A stretch of 64,000 nt of DNA from Pelomyxa schiedti (lineage: Eukaryota > Protista > Evosea). The position numbers and the translations under genes were made by a program. The DNA is taken from assembly GCA_020536535.1 (NCBI GenBank), contig JAHLWZ010000016.1:186001-250000 (forward strand). Direction: 5' to 3'. Below, one piece after another: positions 25,059 through 38,498 of this stretch; within the stretch, counting starts at the first letter, position 1, and every line of letters begins with the position of its first letter. A model generated the notes under the pieces. That model did not search any database. It saw nothing but the letters and a program-made list of their open reading frames with translations, and was not told the origin of the DNA.

Positions 25059-26267
25059 TTAGTGTCTTTGTTGTTGACTCTTGTTACGTTCATAGTCAGC
25101 GTCATCAGTGGGTAGTTCGAAGCGACACGAGGGACATGTGTTGTGCTGGAATGGGCATCAGGGATGGGAGGTTTCAAATAGAACGAGAGGTACCATGTTG
25201 AGCCACGGCTTAATGCAGTCTTGATGGTATAAGTGCTTACATGGGAGCATAACTACTTCTTCATCGAGTTGGAAATCATCCTTACAAACGTTGCATTCCT
25301 CTTTGTCATCTGCAAGTAACATTACAAACTCTTTGTATGTTTAAGGTGAGCAAGTACCTATGTGCTTTTGCTGAATTTTGACAGTGGGCAATGTGGAAAT
25401 CGCGCTAGTAGATGCCGGAGGTGGGCCTCTACCTTGACTTATGATATATTTATATCGTTTTAGTGCTGCGGAAAGAATTCCTGTCATGACTGTACCTGCT
25501 TTCAAACAAACGGTGCAAAAGGTCATTCAAATTGCGGCCCCAAGCATAATTATTTGGGTCAGATGCTATCCCTGATCTGTTTACGCACGCTTGTTAGTGT
25601 GATGCTGTAGCGGCAGCAACCATTTTCAATCAAAAAGGGAAGGGAATAACGAAAAGGGGGTGTCAAACTGAGGAAGTGGAACGGCACCGGGGCGGCCACT
25701 TGCCAATGGCACAGCACCAGGGCCAATATCAATATCGCCAAACGGGAACATCACTTGTTGAAAGTTGAGGTGCACAACCGGAGCGTGGCCGTGGCGAGAA
25801 GCCACTCCATTGAACAGTGCCTGCATGTGACGATAGAACTGCTCCGGCATCTGCCCAACCATGTTGGTGTGCACAGTGAAGTGAGCCGCCCCAGGTCCCC
25901 ACGCAAACATCGGCGGCATCCCCCCATTAACACTCGCATTCACATTCGCATTGGCATTATGGGAAGGAGGCTGCTGCTGCTGTCCATTTACATTTCGTCC
26001 CTGCGGTGATTCCTGTTGTGCAGTTGCGGGCTGCTGCTGAGCCGAGACAGGCGGATCGGTGGGGTCTACTTCCTCAACAAAGTCGGAACCGCACGTGATG
26101 CACCGGAACCCGACGTTCTCGGCGTCTTCGTCGCTGCTGATGTTGTTGTTGTTAGTGGTGGTGGTGGCATCCGCGGCCGTCGCCGTCGACGTGCTGGTCG
26201 TGGTACTGCTGGTGTCGATGACTGTGTCGAAAAACTTGTTGCAGACGTGACAGTAGCACTGCGGCAT
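25059..26267 (-). CDS. RNF115/RNF126-like E3 ubiquitin ligase (zinc ribbon + RING-H2)
   Basis: N-terminal YCHVC...CITCGSDFVEE; GPPPASTSAISTLP; CNVCKDDF...LPCKHLYHQDCIKPWL..HNTCPSCRFELPTDD. Confidence 0.9.
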
Positions 26268-26386
26268 TACTGTGGGTGTGTAACGAACCAAGAAAAAGCA
26301 CAAGAAGGAAAATAAAAAAAATTTGGGTGTGGGAAGGGAATTAACTACCAGATCGGAGAATAGGGCTGTGGGTGACTGTCACGGGG

Positions 26387-29300
26387 TCAAGGAGACTTTT
26401 TGGGAGTGAGTTGATCTCTCAGATCGGTGCGAAGTGACAAGAACAACAGGGTCTCCTTGTCGTTGAGACACCAGGCGGATGTGGCTTGTTTGTACTCTTC
26501 AACGTCAGACACCTGGGTGAATGAAAAAAATGTAATGAATTTTCAGTTGGGTGGGTTTGGGATTTACCTTCTCAACGGATAGTACAAGTGCTACTTGTTT
26601 TATTCTGGCAAATTTCACTTGGCAGGAGAATACACTGTGCTTTTGGCTAAGGAAGTCCATGACAATTTGAATCTTGTGATAGTCATTCAGTGGCAGATGA
26701 GAATTGAGTGGTTACACACATCTTTTGTGAATTGGAGACCTCCAAATAGCGTGAAGTTTTTCTCCGATATCAGTGCCTCAATGTTGTTAGCAATTTCGCC
26801 AGCAAGGAGAGACACCAAATGCTCAAATACACTTGGTGTGACTGCTTTCTGTTTTATAGTTACTTCGAATTTGCAATAAATTGAAAATGAACTGACTGTA
26901 TAGGCTGCCAAAAGTGATTCCAATCCTGTTAGTAAATCCTCGGGAACCACACCATTTATTTCATTGGCAAGGAAATCAGCCTTGTTTTGTTTTTTAGTGT
27001 TCCACCAACGGGTCAATTAGATACCTCAGATAGAGCATAATTAGCAAGACTAAAACTAGATTGAAGCGGCCACTGCAAAGGACCCATGGCGGTTGTTACC
27101 AGTTTTAGGCAAAGAGAATTACGTTTTTCACGAAATTCCTATATAACTCAGTACTTCTTGGGGCATACAGAAAACTCTTACGTTAGCTGCTTGCGAGAAA
27201 CCTTCCAATAAACCCAAGGATTTCTGCAAAGGAATCCCAGAAAATTGCTTGGGGAGAGTGACTTTTGCTGTTGATTGGAACTTCTGAGTATACTCCGAGC
27301 ATGTATCAATGGAATTTAGAATAATCTTCCAGTTTTCATCAAAAAAATGAAAAAGGGATAGCCTTACCAGGAATTGATCCATCCGCCGCGTTCCTTTTTG
27401 CCACTCTTCAACAGAATTAAATAAAATCTATAGGACAATGAGTCATTGGGAAGACTCGATAATCTTACTGTCTTAATGTCACTTGTTATGCAGCTTAGAA
27501 TAGTGTTGAGTGAACCACACAAACAACTTAAGTCGCATGTGTCCTCAGACCGCAGCAAACCCTCTGTGAAGAGGTAGTAAATATCGTCTATTGAACTGAA
27601 CGTATGACAGTTGGTGCTGAACTCTTTTTTAAGTACATCTTTCTTCAGCATCTATTTTAGTGAGTATCATAAAACGCTGTAGTGTGGGGAGAAAAATTTA
27701 AAATTTGCAGTTTCTTTTTTCTTTGTTGGTTTTAATACCTCAGGAATGGCTGATGTGAAATAATTATGCTCAAGTAAGACATAATTACTTGCCAATTCGT
27801 GCATAAGCAGTTTCAGTTGAGTAGAGGCAGGGGTTGAAAACGCTGAAGCCTCAATCTAAGGTTAAACGTTACCCAAAGAAGCCAAATTCAAGAAAAAAAA
27901 GAAGAAAAACCTCTCTTTGTATATTGTCATCTGCTTTCTTTGTGATATCACATGTTTATGACATATTAGAAAGAATAAAAAAGAGGAGTAGTTTGAGGTA
28001 GGTCATACTAACTCGTCAATGAATTGATCGTGCAAGTGGACCTGCATGAGTGCAACAGATAGTTGTCTGAGAATGGGTAAAAGTTTTCCTGATACACATC
28101 CTGTACCAAGCCGTGAAATCTGGAAGTTGATAAGTGGGGAAAAGACTCCTGGGAGAAGAATGACCATTTCAGTAATACCGAGTGATTGGAGCATTCTATG
28201 AATTACAAGGCAAGCGCAGGCATGAAGGTGTGATACAACTTCAACTGATACCGGGTACAAGGGTAAAGGCTTGTAAACCACGCATTCGGAAATGAAGGAT
28301 TCACCTCTTTCAAGAATTCTTAGGGAATGTTTTAGCTTTCCCGATAACTCAACTGAAATTCAAGAAGAACACTGTGGACTTACACTGCAAGGATGTCTGC
28401 ATATGTTGATGGGATATTTTTGTGGTCATCTTGTGGATGGTCACCCTGCCCCAACTTTTCGAGAAGTGTCAACAATCGTTGAGTGTGGAAAGAAATAGCA
28501 GCATTGAAGTAGGAGGCGAAGACAGTCCACCAATCAGAATCTTTGTTACAAACCCCAATCATGCATGCAATATGGCACAATCTGATTGTGTTCGATTACT
28601 TTTTTTGGGAGAACCTTGTTGTCTTACAAAACGAAATCCGCTGGTGGGGATGTTAGAGTTTTTACAGTTTTGTCCAACGCCTGGCATACTCGTAGCTGTA
28701 ACTTCGCAATCATTTCTCCTTTTTAGTTGTTACTTCTTGTAGTGCTTGATATGAGGTACTTTTTCTTTCGTCATCGGAGATAACAGATGGAGAAAGGGAT
28801 GGCGGGATTTTTAAAAGAGCACTGCATGCTGCAGAGTATTTTGACTGTTTTACAAGGAGTCTTACAGTTTTTACATTGACATACTCCAATGGTGGCGCAA
28901 AATACTTGGGCAGCCGTGAGACTGTCCTTTGGGTGCTGTCTTGGGTGGCCTGGGTTGAAGAAATTACAGGTGCTTGGAACTGAGGTGAATTTTCAACTAA
29001 GTTTTCGCTCTTGGGTGGTGAGGTAAGCACTGTTGAGCTACTACATGAAGAATTTTCACCTGCTACAGATGAAACATTGTCCAGAGGAGTTGCTGGTTTG
29101 AGTTGGGAGTTTTCATCTGACAAAACTTTTGGTTTGCACACAGGTGTCTTCTCCAAATCAGTTTGTGTGGCCCGAATGGCACATGAATCCGAGGTTGCCA
29201 CCGAGATTGGAACAATAGGTAACTGCGGGTTCACATCAATGACTCCAACAAGCACCGCAGGTGGTTCCAAACAAGTCAATGGGGGACTGCTGTGTACGGG

Positions 29301-29408
29301 TGTTTCCGCAGCAGTTGTGTGTGGCATATGACCTGATTGCGGTTCTTCAGCTGTGTATTGTTGTGTGTCAGCATCCGCAGTGGGCGAAGTCGTGTCACTT
29401 AAAAACAT
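26387..29408 (-). CDS. COG4: Conserved oligomeric Golgi complex subunit 4 (divergent); start approximate
   Basis: IDDIYYLFTEGLLRS, LCGSLN, KNFTLFGGLQFTKDV, VALVLSVEKV and FLSLRTDL align in order with the COG4 C-terminal half. Confidence 0.7.
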
Positions 29409-29720
29409 GTAAGGGTTAAGATCCAGTAACAATAACTCCCACTTTGCAAGCAAAACGAAGATCCCAATTAAATTAATGTTGTGTCGTTTTGCCTGCCTCG
29501 GGGTCTGACCCATTCCTTTCGTTGCAATTTCCGAGTGACGGTGACACTACTTCCCGGTCGTCGAAAAGAATAGATTTTGTTTGAAACGAGTTTAGAAAGG
29601 AATTTAGACTGTTGGGTGTGATAAACAAGGTATCTGTGGAGCCACGGGCATAATGGTATTGCCATAACACCAATAATGCAGTGGATTCCAACAGTGAAGT
29701 GGTATGTGGTGTGTGTTGTG

Positions 29721-32700
29721 TTAATGCAGCTTTCCCTCTGTGTGAAGTTTCAACAAGTTTCTTGCAACCTTTGGGTATTTGTTAGAAAAAGAAACAAAAA
29801 GAAAGGAAAGTACCTCATCTTCTGGATTATCCTGCAGATAGTTTTCAAGAGGACCGCGAACATCACCCTTGCCCTGCAGCAGAAGCTCATCGATTTCCAG
29901 AAAAGCAGGGGACAATTTCGTTGTGGAATGGATCCACCCCAGGAGCTCATGGACAAGAACCGTGTGTTGAAACCCTCTTATGGGTAAATGGCCCAGTGCC
30001 CTGAATAAAAACCTGCCAATGCCATTAGAGGAAAACAAAAAGATCTTGATGTACCGATCATAGCACTTGGCCCTTACACTGGAAGAAACGCAAACGGAGG
30101 TTGCCAACTCCTTGTTTAAGGGCTCTAACCGGGCAGCCAAGTTCACAGTGTTTCCTACACATTTACCATGAATAGTTTGAAGGAAATTTTTGGGCTTACC
30201 AATCACTGTGAAGTTTAATCGGTGTGAACAGCCAACATTACCTGCCAGGCATATTCCACTATGGATTCCTATCCTTACTCGTACTTCTGTCTTAATTTTG
30301 TGGCAAAATAACTCGTTGTGTTTATGCAGGGCACTTTGTATTTCTAAAGCTGACTTGCACGCCAAAAACTCAGAGTCCTCCACTTTGTCTAATGCTCCCC
30401 AAACAGCCTTTTATGACAATCAATACAGAAAAGGAAACTATCAGTTACCATGATGGCATCTCCTATATACTAGAGTCGTTAGTTTTGATTGTTAAATTAT
30501 TGCAGAAATACTTTGTCTATGATTGCTTTGTTTGAAACTAGAATGCCAGTAAAACTTTCAAATAGAAGATGTAAAAGAGGAATAACAATTTCACTCCCAA
30601 TTTCATCCATCATTTTAGTCTTGGAGGAAATAAGAATAGCGGTCCCAAAAGGAAGGAATACACACAAAATCTACAACATCTAAAAAGAAAACAGTGCAGT
30701 AGCATTTCTGTACGCCTACTTCAGCCACCATCCCATTATGACAAAGGTGCTTTACAGTGTCTGTCGGGACATATCTTGTGCAGGTATGTTATTAAAGTCA
30801 AAGAAATCCATCATTTCACACTTGCTGAAGGCATCCAAAGCGTTTCGCATTAATTTGACCTTACATTGGAGCTAAAAAAAATGGGTGTCATAAACAAGAC
30901 AGAATAAAGATACATCAAATATTTCTGAAACAACACTGTAGGAGGACTCTTGCCTTGGGCAATCAAATTCTCCATCAGATACTTGCTTGAGCTGCCGAAC
31001 CACTCTCCTTGAATACACGTTACAGACAATTAAAGGAAAAAGTAAAAGAATAACCGAAGTGTATGACCAAGCAGAGTTATGAAAATAACTCCAAAAGAGA
31101 GAACTAATATTCCTAAAACGCATTCACTTGATACAACTATGCCCATCCACATTCTGGCTGCCTTCAACGATTGTTGATTTTCTTTCACAAGATTGTCCAT
31201 AAAATCCTGTGGACACTGTTAAAAAGAGTACTAAAGGTACATGCACAAACCACAGAAGGGGTCAACAAAACAAGCCAGACTACCAGCCCACCTTCCTCTT
31301 CAACGCTTGTTATATCCACAAAAACAGAACTATTTACAATAAAGCTATGTGGAATTCGAAGGCCAGCAGTCAAATTCAACCACTGGCATAGTTATTACAC
31401 ATGCACAGTGGAATGAGAGAACCTGTGATATAACATATCCAATATTAGACTGGTTGGCAAAAAGAACGCCTGATGCATCTTGGACTGATATTCCCGGTGA
31501 CCCAGCAATCATTCTGGTAGAGTCCTCCATAAGGAAGGCAGCTCCATGAGGCGTTGAATTCCATGAAGCAAAGTAAGCTGATAAGCCACCAATAGACATT
31601 GTACATTGAATAAGTACTTGTGAATTTAAGCACACAGAAGTGTTTGTAGCATTGGCCTCCCTTAGAAGCATTATTTACCAAAATGTAGGGATGATGGAAT
31701 ACTGGTGCTCTGCTGCTAACGATAAGTTGAGCTTGCCAGTGAGAGAAATGACGCGAGTATTCATGATCAGGGATGTGTATACACTTGTCCACACAAGAGT
31801 GTTTGTGGATGTATAGGCTGTAATCCTGGTAAAATCTTATTTAAGTGCTATTCCTTTTATCTTCACAGCATAGTACCACCAAGGCCGGGCTGTCAGATTG
31901 TAGTTTGTTGTGACTCGAGGCGTTTTTAGATTTGTAGCAAATATCCCGTCATAGAGATAATATGTAACATTTGATGATGTCGCACTGTCATAGACCCCGA
32001 ACATATCGGACTGAATGGACAATACATGCTCTCCATTAGAGTCTAACCATCCAAGGTTCTGAAAGTCTGTATCATTACTCAAAGTGTTATTAATTATCAA
32101 CATACAGCATTGCTAAAATCTTTTGAGTCAACATCAAAAACTGGCTTCAACAGTACATGAAAGGCCCAATGCACAGTGCTGATAAAATGCCCGCAATATA
32201 GGTCGTTTTGTGTAAGTAGACTTTGAATAACTTGATTGATGAACATTACCTAGCATTTTCGTAAGGCAATTAAGTCAGCAGTGTGTTGCCTTACCGGTTC
32301 ATTCAATTTGGCAGTTATATTGTTTTTTGCTCGGGTAACAACAGTATTCCGTAATGCTTCCAACTCCTAGAATACCCCATGGGTGTAGAAATTAGTAAAG
32401 AAGAGTACTACATTACAGGGAAATTAAAAGGTTTTATATAAATGTACAAATGAAGAAAGAGAGGGTACAGAACTGTTTCCAAACTCTTAGTTGCAGTCAA
32501 GCTTATTTGGTTAAATGAGCGCGTCCAACCAGCCATAAGTGGCACTACAGCAACCAGAATTGCCATACTCAATACCACAATTCCAAATCCGAGAAGCACA
32601 GCCCTGATGGGAACAGTCACTCCACTCTTAGTGGTTGGTTTCTGATTACCCAGTTTTCCCTTTGTTGTTATATCTACAGCCCCTGTTGAATTCGATTTCG

Positions 32701-33136
32701 AAGGTGCAGCAATTGCACCAGGGGCACCGACGTCATCAGAAGCAACTGCGGGTGAGGCACTGTTGCTGCCGGCAACCGGAGAGATGCTGAGGTCGATTCT
32801 ATCGGGGACTGGAGACTTAGCATCAGATATCAGATGCCCAAATGGGGGCGACGCCGCTGGAGACTCAGCGCCCCAGTCGAGGAGCATCCCGGCCGAGTTG
32901 TCCAAGCCCCCACTGCAGGCCCTCCCACAATTCTCCTGAGCCGCGTCGGCGCCCTCGCCCCCCTCGGAGGCACCAGCTCCCTGCATATGTACCACTTTGA
33001 TCGCCGCGTCGTCGGCCTCGTCCCCGTGCATCTCGTCGCCAGGCGCCGTCGAGACGAGCGACTGGCACGGCGATGCCCGCATCGCTACAGCGCTGGCCCA
33101 GCTAGGTTGATTCGTAAGCCCAGGCTGTAGTTGCAT
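29721..33136 (-). CDS. Transmembrane class III adenylyl cyclase with extracellular Cache-like sensor
   Basis: Two TM helices flank a Cache-like region. Catalytic motifs: FFLDVVDF, IDKYIGDAIMAVWG, RIGIHSG..LAGNVG, NFTVIG.TVNLAARLE. Confidence 0.85.
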
Positions 33137-33294
33137 TCTTCCTGGCAAACCAGAGCCACAGCAAACCAGCAACACAACAACTATCGATAATAAAAACAAA
33201 GATTTGTTCTTCGTCGAAATCTGGAAAGTGCAGAGGAACTCTCACACACCTACAGATTCGGTAGTGCGCCCAACACACTGGTGCTTCAGGACAC

Positions 33295-35010
33295 TCAGTT
33301 GCTCTGCAGTGCCAGGTAGAGGCGATCAGACGGCGTGAAGTTCTGAGGCCTGGCCCACCCGGGTCTCTTCACCCTGAACGCGCACAGCTCCCCTGATGTG
33401 CAGCCCAGCGACGGCTCGTTGTCTGGGTTCACCATCTCTTCGTTGATGGTGAAGATGCCGATGGTCTTGTTCCTTGGGTTGGTCGGCACGCCCTTGGTCA
33501 CCACCCACGCGTCCTCGTCGAGGTTGCGCACATAGTTCAGCAGGTACACCACGTCGCCGTGGGTCTTTGGGTTCCACCACCTGAGCATAGGGAAATGGTT
33601 GGCCGCGACGGCCTCGCAGTCCGCCACAGTGGATAGAACGCCCAGTGGCACCACGCGCACTTCGCGGTTTTGGAATCGGTATACTAGCCTGCTGGGTGGT
33701 GGTGGTGGTGTTGTGGTTGGTTCGAAGGAGGATGGCACTGGGGGAAATGCAGGCAACGCTGACTGAAAGCTGCGGCTTGACGGTGATCCTATTGATGTTG
33801 GTGCTGAGATTAGGGATGGTGGTGCTGCTGGTCTTGAGGGTGTAATTGGAACTGGCTGCAACGAATTTGCGAGCGTGTCTAGGCGGGTCGGCTGGGATTT
33901 TACAGCCTCCTGGGCATCGTTGTCCATTGCCAGTGCCTCTCGAACTTTCGAGACATGCAGCGCGTCTGCTTTAACTTGTTCGCGGAGCTGCATAACCAGT
34001 TCTTGGAGATTTGCGTTTATTTGTTTCTGAAGTACCAGCTCGTGAACGAGTTGTTGAATGCAAGGCATTTGACATGTGATCATATGTGCACTCGCCTCTC
34101 TTCTAGCTCCTTTCCAATTTTCCCTACAATAAGGGGATAACGGACAAGGAATCTACAGAATTTGTTATTGCTTTCCAGTAAAAGAGGTGAAAAGGTACCG
34201 TATACTCTGGGCACTGTTCATAGTGTGCATGAAGTTCCGAGTTCAGGATCTCAACCGAACAAAACCCACACTTGACCGTACCTGTTTGAAGGATTAGATA
34301 ATCTATAGAGCTGAATAGCAGGGGGGGTAAGGCTCCGACTGCATACATCTATGGTTTGCCCAATCTCGATACAAGCAGGCAGCGCCGCAGGAATTGCAGA
34401 CGACCTCTATGCGACCTAACTGATTGATGTAAGTGCCTGTACTGGTGCAAAAAAAAATTACTCACCCCGTCAAGAATTGAAGCTGGGTCTGCAATGATTT
34501 CATTATCCAACACCACTTTTTTACATGCAGCACACCAGCGGTTTCCATCAGACAAACGGGTGCATTTTTCACAAAACGCATTGCAGCATCCTGGTGCTGA
34601 ATGCATCACAACAGGGTATTTGATTACTTTTTGGCACTTTTTGCAAAGATACATCTTGTTGTTCAGTGCCTCTTGAGGGAAAATAGGTTCGTCTGGGTCA
34701 TTGGGTACCCTTTTCAAACATTAATATTACGGTTGTAGTAATTTATTATGCTTCATTTAATATTATAACTCGAAGGGGGCGGGGGAAAAAAAAAACCGCA
34801 CAAGTGAATAGTAGAAGCCTCGGCAATATTGTATTCGCGAAGCGGGTGGCCGCGTATAAGCGGGTGGCCAATGTACAGCAACTTGTGATAACGCATCGAC
34901 TTGCCGGTCTTTTCCTCTATCTGCAACAGCAACGAGTCCACGGTGTTGTCTCCGTTCGGTACGTCGACGACTAAGTTCGGCACACCATTCCCCTTAACGC
35001 ACAGCTGCAT
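33295..35010 (-). CDS. Ubiquitin-like + RING + TRAF-type zinc finger + coiled-coil protein with unknown C-terminal domain
   Basis: UBL (QIEEKTG...KLLYIGHPL..GHPLREYNIAEASTIHL) splices in frame to a RING (CKKC..VIKYPV...CCNAFCEKC...CAAC), followed by CGFC...LHAHYEQCPE and a coiled coil. Confidence 0.75.
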
Positions 35011-35460
35011 TCGAACGGGAGAAAAAAGATTTTTTTCGTTTGGCCCCCTTCGATTCTTTAAATTCCTGTCAACTTGTCTGCCACTAGAACAACTTGGAGG
35101 GCCCAGTCCTCCAGTTTTCAAGTCACATGCTCCCATGCCAGTATACAAGAATCCCTGGGTTCCAAGTCACAAGAGCTGTGAGACCTCTCTGGGAGGCCCT
35201 TAGCCTTGGGGATGTGATTGTAGATCGAATGCAGACCCCAGGGGACACGAATCGCGCAATTGAACCGGGTAGTTTTGAGCATTTACAGCAGAGAAGAGCC
35301 CAAGCCTTGTCAGAAGTTACAAGGTTGCCTCTTTTCGTTTGTCAATGGATCGTAGCGGTAGAGTCACCTTCTTTGTCCCTTCTTTCGCTTTCACGGACAT
35401 CTTGATCCATAGTCCGTTCTAAATTGCCCTGTGATCAACCATAACTAAAAAAAAAACCAG

Positions 35461-38286
35461 TTCAGTAGGCTGAGTAACAAGAAGGTGAGTGACTTTGCCG
35501 AACACCCAGGACAAATTCGCTTTGTGGGCCTATTTGGCAAAACGGATCATGGCAGAACCACAACCTTTGAGTCACTTCTTCAGTCGTACAAAGAATCACA
35601 TCCCTGTGCCCCAGGGAGTTCAGAGGAAACAACTTTCGGTAAGCTACATATAGCTTTAGATAAATGCTTGGCTGTGATTGGCTGTGATTTGATGCCTACT
35701 CTCATTCACAAAAACAAACAAAGGCCTTGAGCACATTTATACTCGTGACCCTATGCATCTGAGTACATATTTGCACACACTGCCAGATACATGCACTGCA
35801 CCAAGGGATGCTATTGTATGTATTGGACCCAACTTTGCAACTTTTTTCACTCAACGGGAGTCTTACTCTATTACGCCAGGACAACCAGTTTTTGATCCAC
35901 GTGTTTCGAACTCCCACGGTTTTTGATAGTTTTGTCAATGCTACTCTTCTTATGGATGGGGCACTTCTCGTTTTTGACTGTATGGAAGGGATATCAACGA
36001 ATTTGATTGACATAGTTCGTGACGTAAGTGCTCTTTTAAACACAGTAGTGTTTTCAACTTTTTTTTTTTGTACATATAGCTTCTGAACTGCCAAACACAA
36101 CCCGTTGCCTTTGCAAATAAGCTCGATACTTTGATTGTAAACCTTGGTTTACCATCTGAAGAGATATATATGTGCTTAGCTAGAGAAATTAACAATCTGA
36201 ATGAATTCGGGCAGCTCTATTCTAACAAGAATTTCAATCTTCACTTCTCTCCAGTCCTGGTAGAACACCTCTCTTTCCCATACTCAACCCTTAGTAAACA
36301 CCTCAGGGGACAGTCGCTTTTGGATGTGCCAGTGGGTGCTGGGCTTTCACACTCTCTCACTTTGCAAAACTGTACGCCAAAAAATTTGGTATTAAGGAAG
36401 CCGTCATGACGGAGAAGCTGTGGGGTGACAATTTCTTTGATATAAGTACAAAGAAATGGGTATCAGCCCCAGGAAAAACACATTCTGTTAGAGGATTTTC
36501 ACACTTTGTGATGGATCCGTTATTGAAATTGTGGCAGGCAGTTCAAGCAAACCAAAAACCAGCTTATGAGAAGATGACGTCAATTCTCGGTATCAATTTG
36601 TCACCAGAAGAGAAAGTATTTCACTGTTCAGAACATGTCAGATACTAACTTCTTCATAGGAAATTACAGCCCCTAACAAGTTATTCGATTGTATTATGAA
36701 AAAGTTTCTCCCATTTTGTGATACACTCTTATCGCTCTTTGCAATTCATCTGCCTTCCCCGAAAACTGCACAGACCTATAGACTCCCTTCTGCATTGACT
36801 CCTATTGACGCCCCAGCACCTTCAATGAGTTCCTGTGCGAGAGAAATGCTTTCTTGTAGCCCACAGGGTCCTGTCACTCTCTATACGTTCAGAAAGGTAG
36901 ATACAGCAAAGGAGTCACTTGTATGTGCAAGAGTATTTTCTGGTACACTTAGAGGCAAGTCAGCCGGACGTATCCTCAGTGCCCCATCTATAAATGATGT
37001 ATTGCTCTCTCTGCTAAAGATATACAGTCACATATCTTTGTGCAGATTAAGATTCCATTTGGGAACTCACTTGTAAGTGTCCCAGAATGTCCCAGTGGCA
37101 ACATAGTTGTGATTTCCATTCCACTTACCGTGAAAAATATATCCATCCCCTGCCTTACAGCTTCCACTGTATCATGCCTTCCCTTTCAACTCCCTTCTTC
37201 AAGTACATTCTTCTCTTCTGCTAGAGTGAATGTAAGGGCAATTGATTCTCGTTACAGCGTGCAGTTGGATCATGCCATTAGACGGACTGTAAATGGTGAC
37301 GCCATAAGTAAATATGAAAAAAACCGCGATGGTTCATACACCATATTTGGTCAGGGCGCTCTACATCTCGAAGTTCTTTTGAAAGATCTGAAGGAGGAAT
37401 ATTCTCCATATGAACTGGTTGTTTCTCAGACCCAGTACCCTCTTGCCGAAGGTTTGCGGGAATGTTCCCCAACAGTAAGACAGGATTACCCACCAGGAAC
37501 TGAGGAACCACTTTTATCAATGAGTGCAACAAAAATCCCTGAGCCAATTGTGAATTCCATATCAGCATTTGCTTCAGCTGGAACAACAATACCAATTGCT
37601 GTCAATAATTCGGATTTGCTATCTTTCACGGGTGGCAAACCTTGGGCCTATGGTGAAAGTCCTTTAACTGCCACGTGCATATTGGTGGATCTTAATGATA
37701 CTTCACCGGTCCTAAAGGCTCCATTTGCTCAAGCGTTCCATGTAACTTCCTGAGGTGCATTACGCTATTAATTATATTTAGACTCTGGTGACTGGCGGGC
37801 CTCTCCGTGGGAACCCTCTTAGGGGGGTTCAATTCAGTATCCTTAAATGTAGTGCCAGGTGCTTAGCTACTTCGCCTGCCGTTCTTATCAACAGTGCAAT
37901 GGAGTGTATGAGGTTGTGCCTGCTCTCTTCTTCACTGAGCGTGTGGGAGCAGACTCGTCAAGTTTCTCTTAAAGTGTGGTTTCTCCCCCACATATTTGCT
38001 CCTGTGCGTCGATAACAACACAAATAAGACTCTTCCGTCTGAAGTTGCAACGGTCTATAGCGTACTACAGGCATACCAATGCATAGATGCCAACCAAGAG
38101 GACAAGGGCGAGTTTATTGTAATAACTGGAAAAATTCCGGCAAGGCTCTGCCAAGGTGCCTTCCCCCCTGACAAACTTTGTAAGGCAATCAACACCATAC
38201 AGAATTTCCCGCATCCCTGCGGGCCAAAACAGCCGGAAAGGTATTCATCGAAATTGCACACACGACCACCTGGTCTGAGACACTAG
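35461..38286 (+). CDS. Highly divergent elongation factor 2 paralog with degenerate GTPase motifs
   Basis: eEF2-like blocks in order: IRF...DHG, DGALLVFDCMEG, NKLD, KLWGDNFFD.STKKW, KFLP..DTLL...HLPSPKTAQTYR, ARVFSGT, GALHLEVLLKDLKEE, GGPL...RGVQF. Not every splice junction was resolved. Confidence 0.8.
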
Positions 38287-38428
38287 GGATGCCATAAATA
38301 ACAGTAATGAGTAACCAGAGAATGGATTCCCCTGCACCAATCTGGAGTTCATCGACTCCTTGTTCCCATCAAAATGGAATTGTGTTACAGTGCCTTCTCG
38401 GAAAAAACAACACATGTGATCGCCATTA

Positions 38429-38498
38429 CCGTATGTTGAGAAACCTTCGTTCTGAAAAACTTTCGTCGGCGAAAACTTTCGTTGCTGAAAACTTTGGC
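38429..38498 (+). repeat. Left TIR with about 15-bp subrepeats (AAAACTTTCGTTGCC-like)
   Basis: ccgtatgttgagaaaccttcgttctgaaaaactttcgtcggcgaaaactttcgttgctgaaaacttt is an imperfect reverse complement of 39665-39736. Confidence 0.85.

Noticed and set aside
5105-29408. COG8 and COG4 (or MsrBA and nucleoredoxin) as a functional gene cluster
   Set aside because: They are separated by about 14-19 kb of unrelated genes with no shared regulatory signal visible, so this is likely chance.
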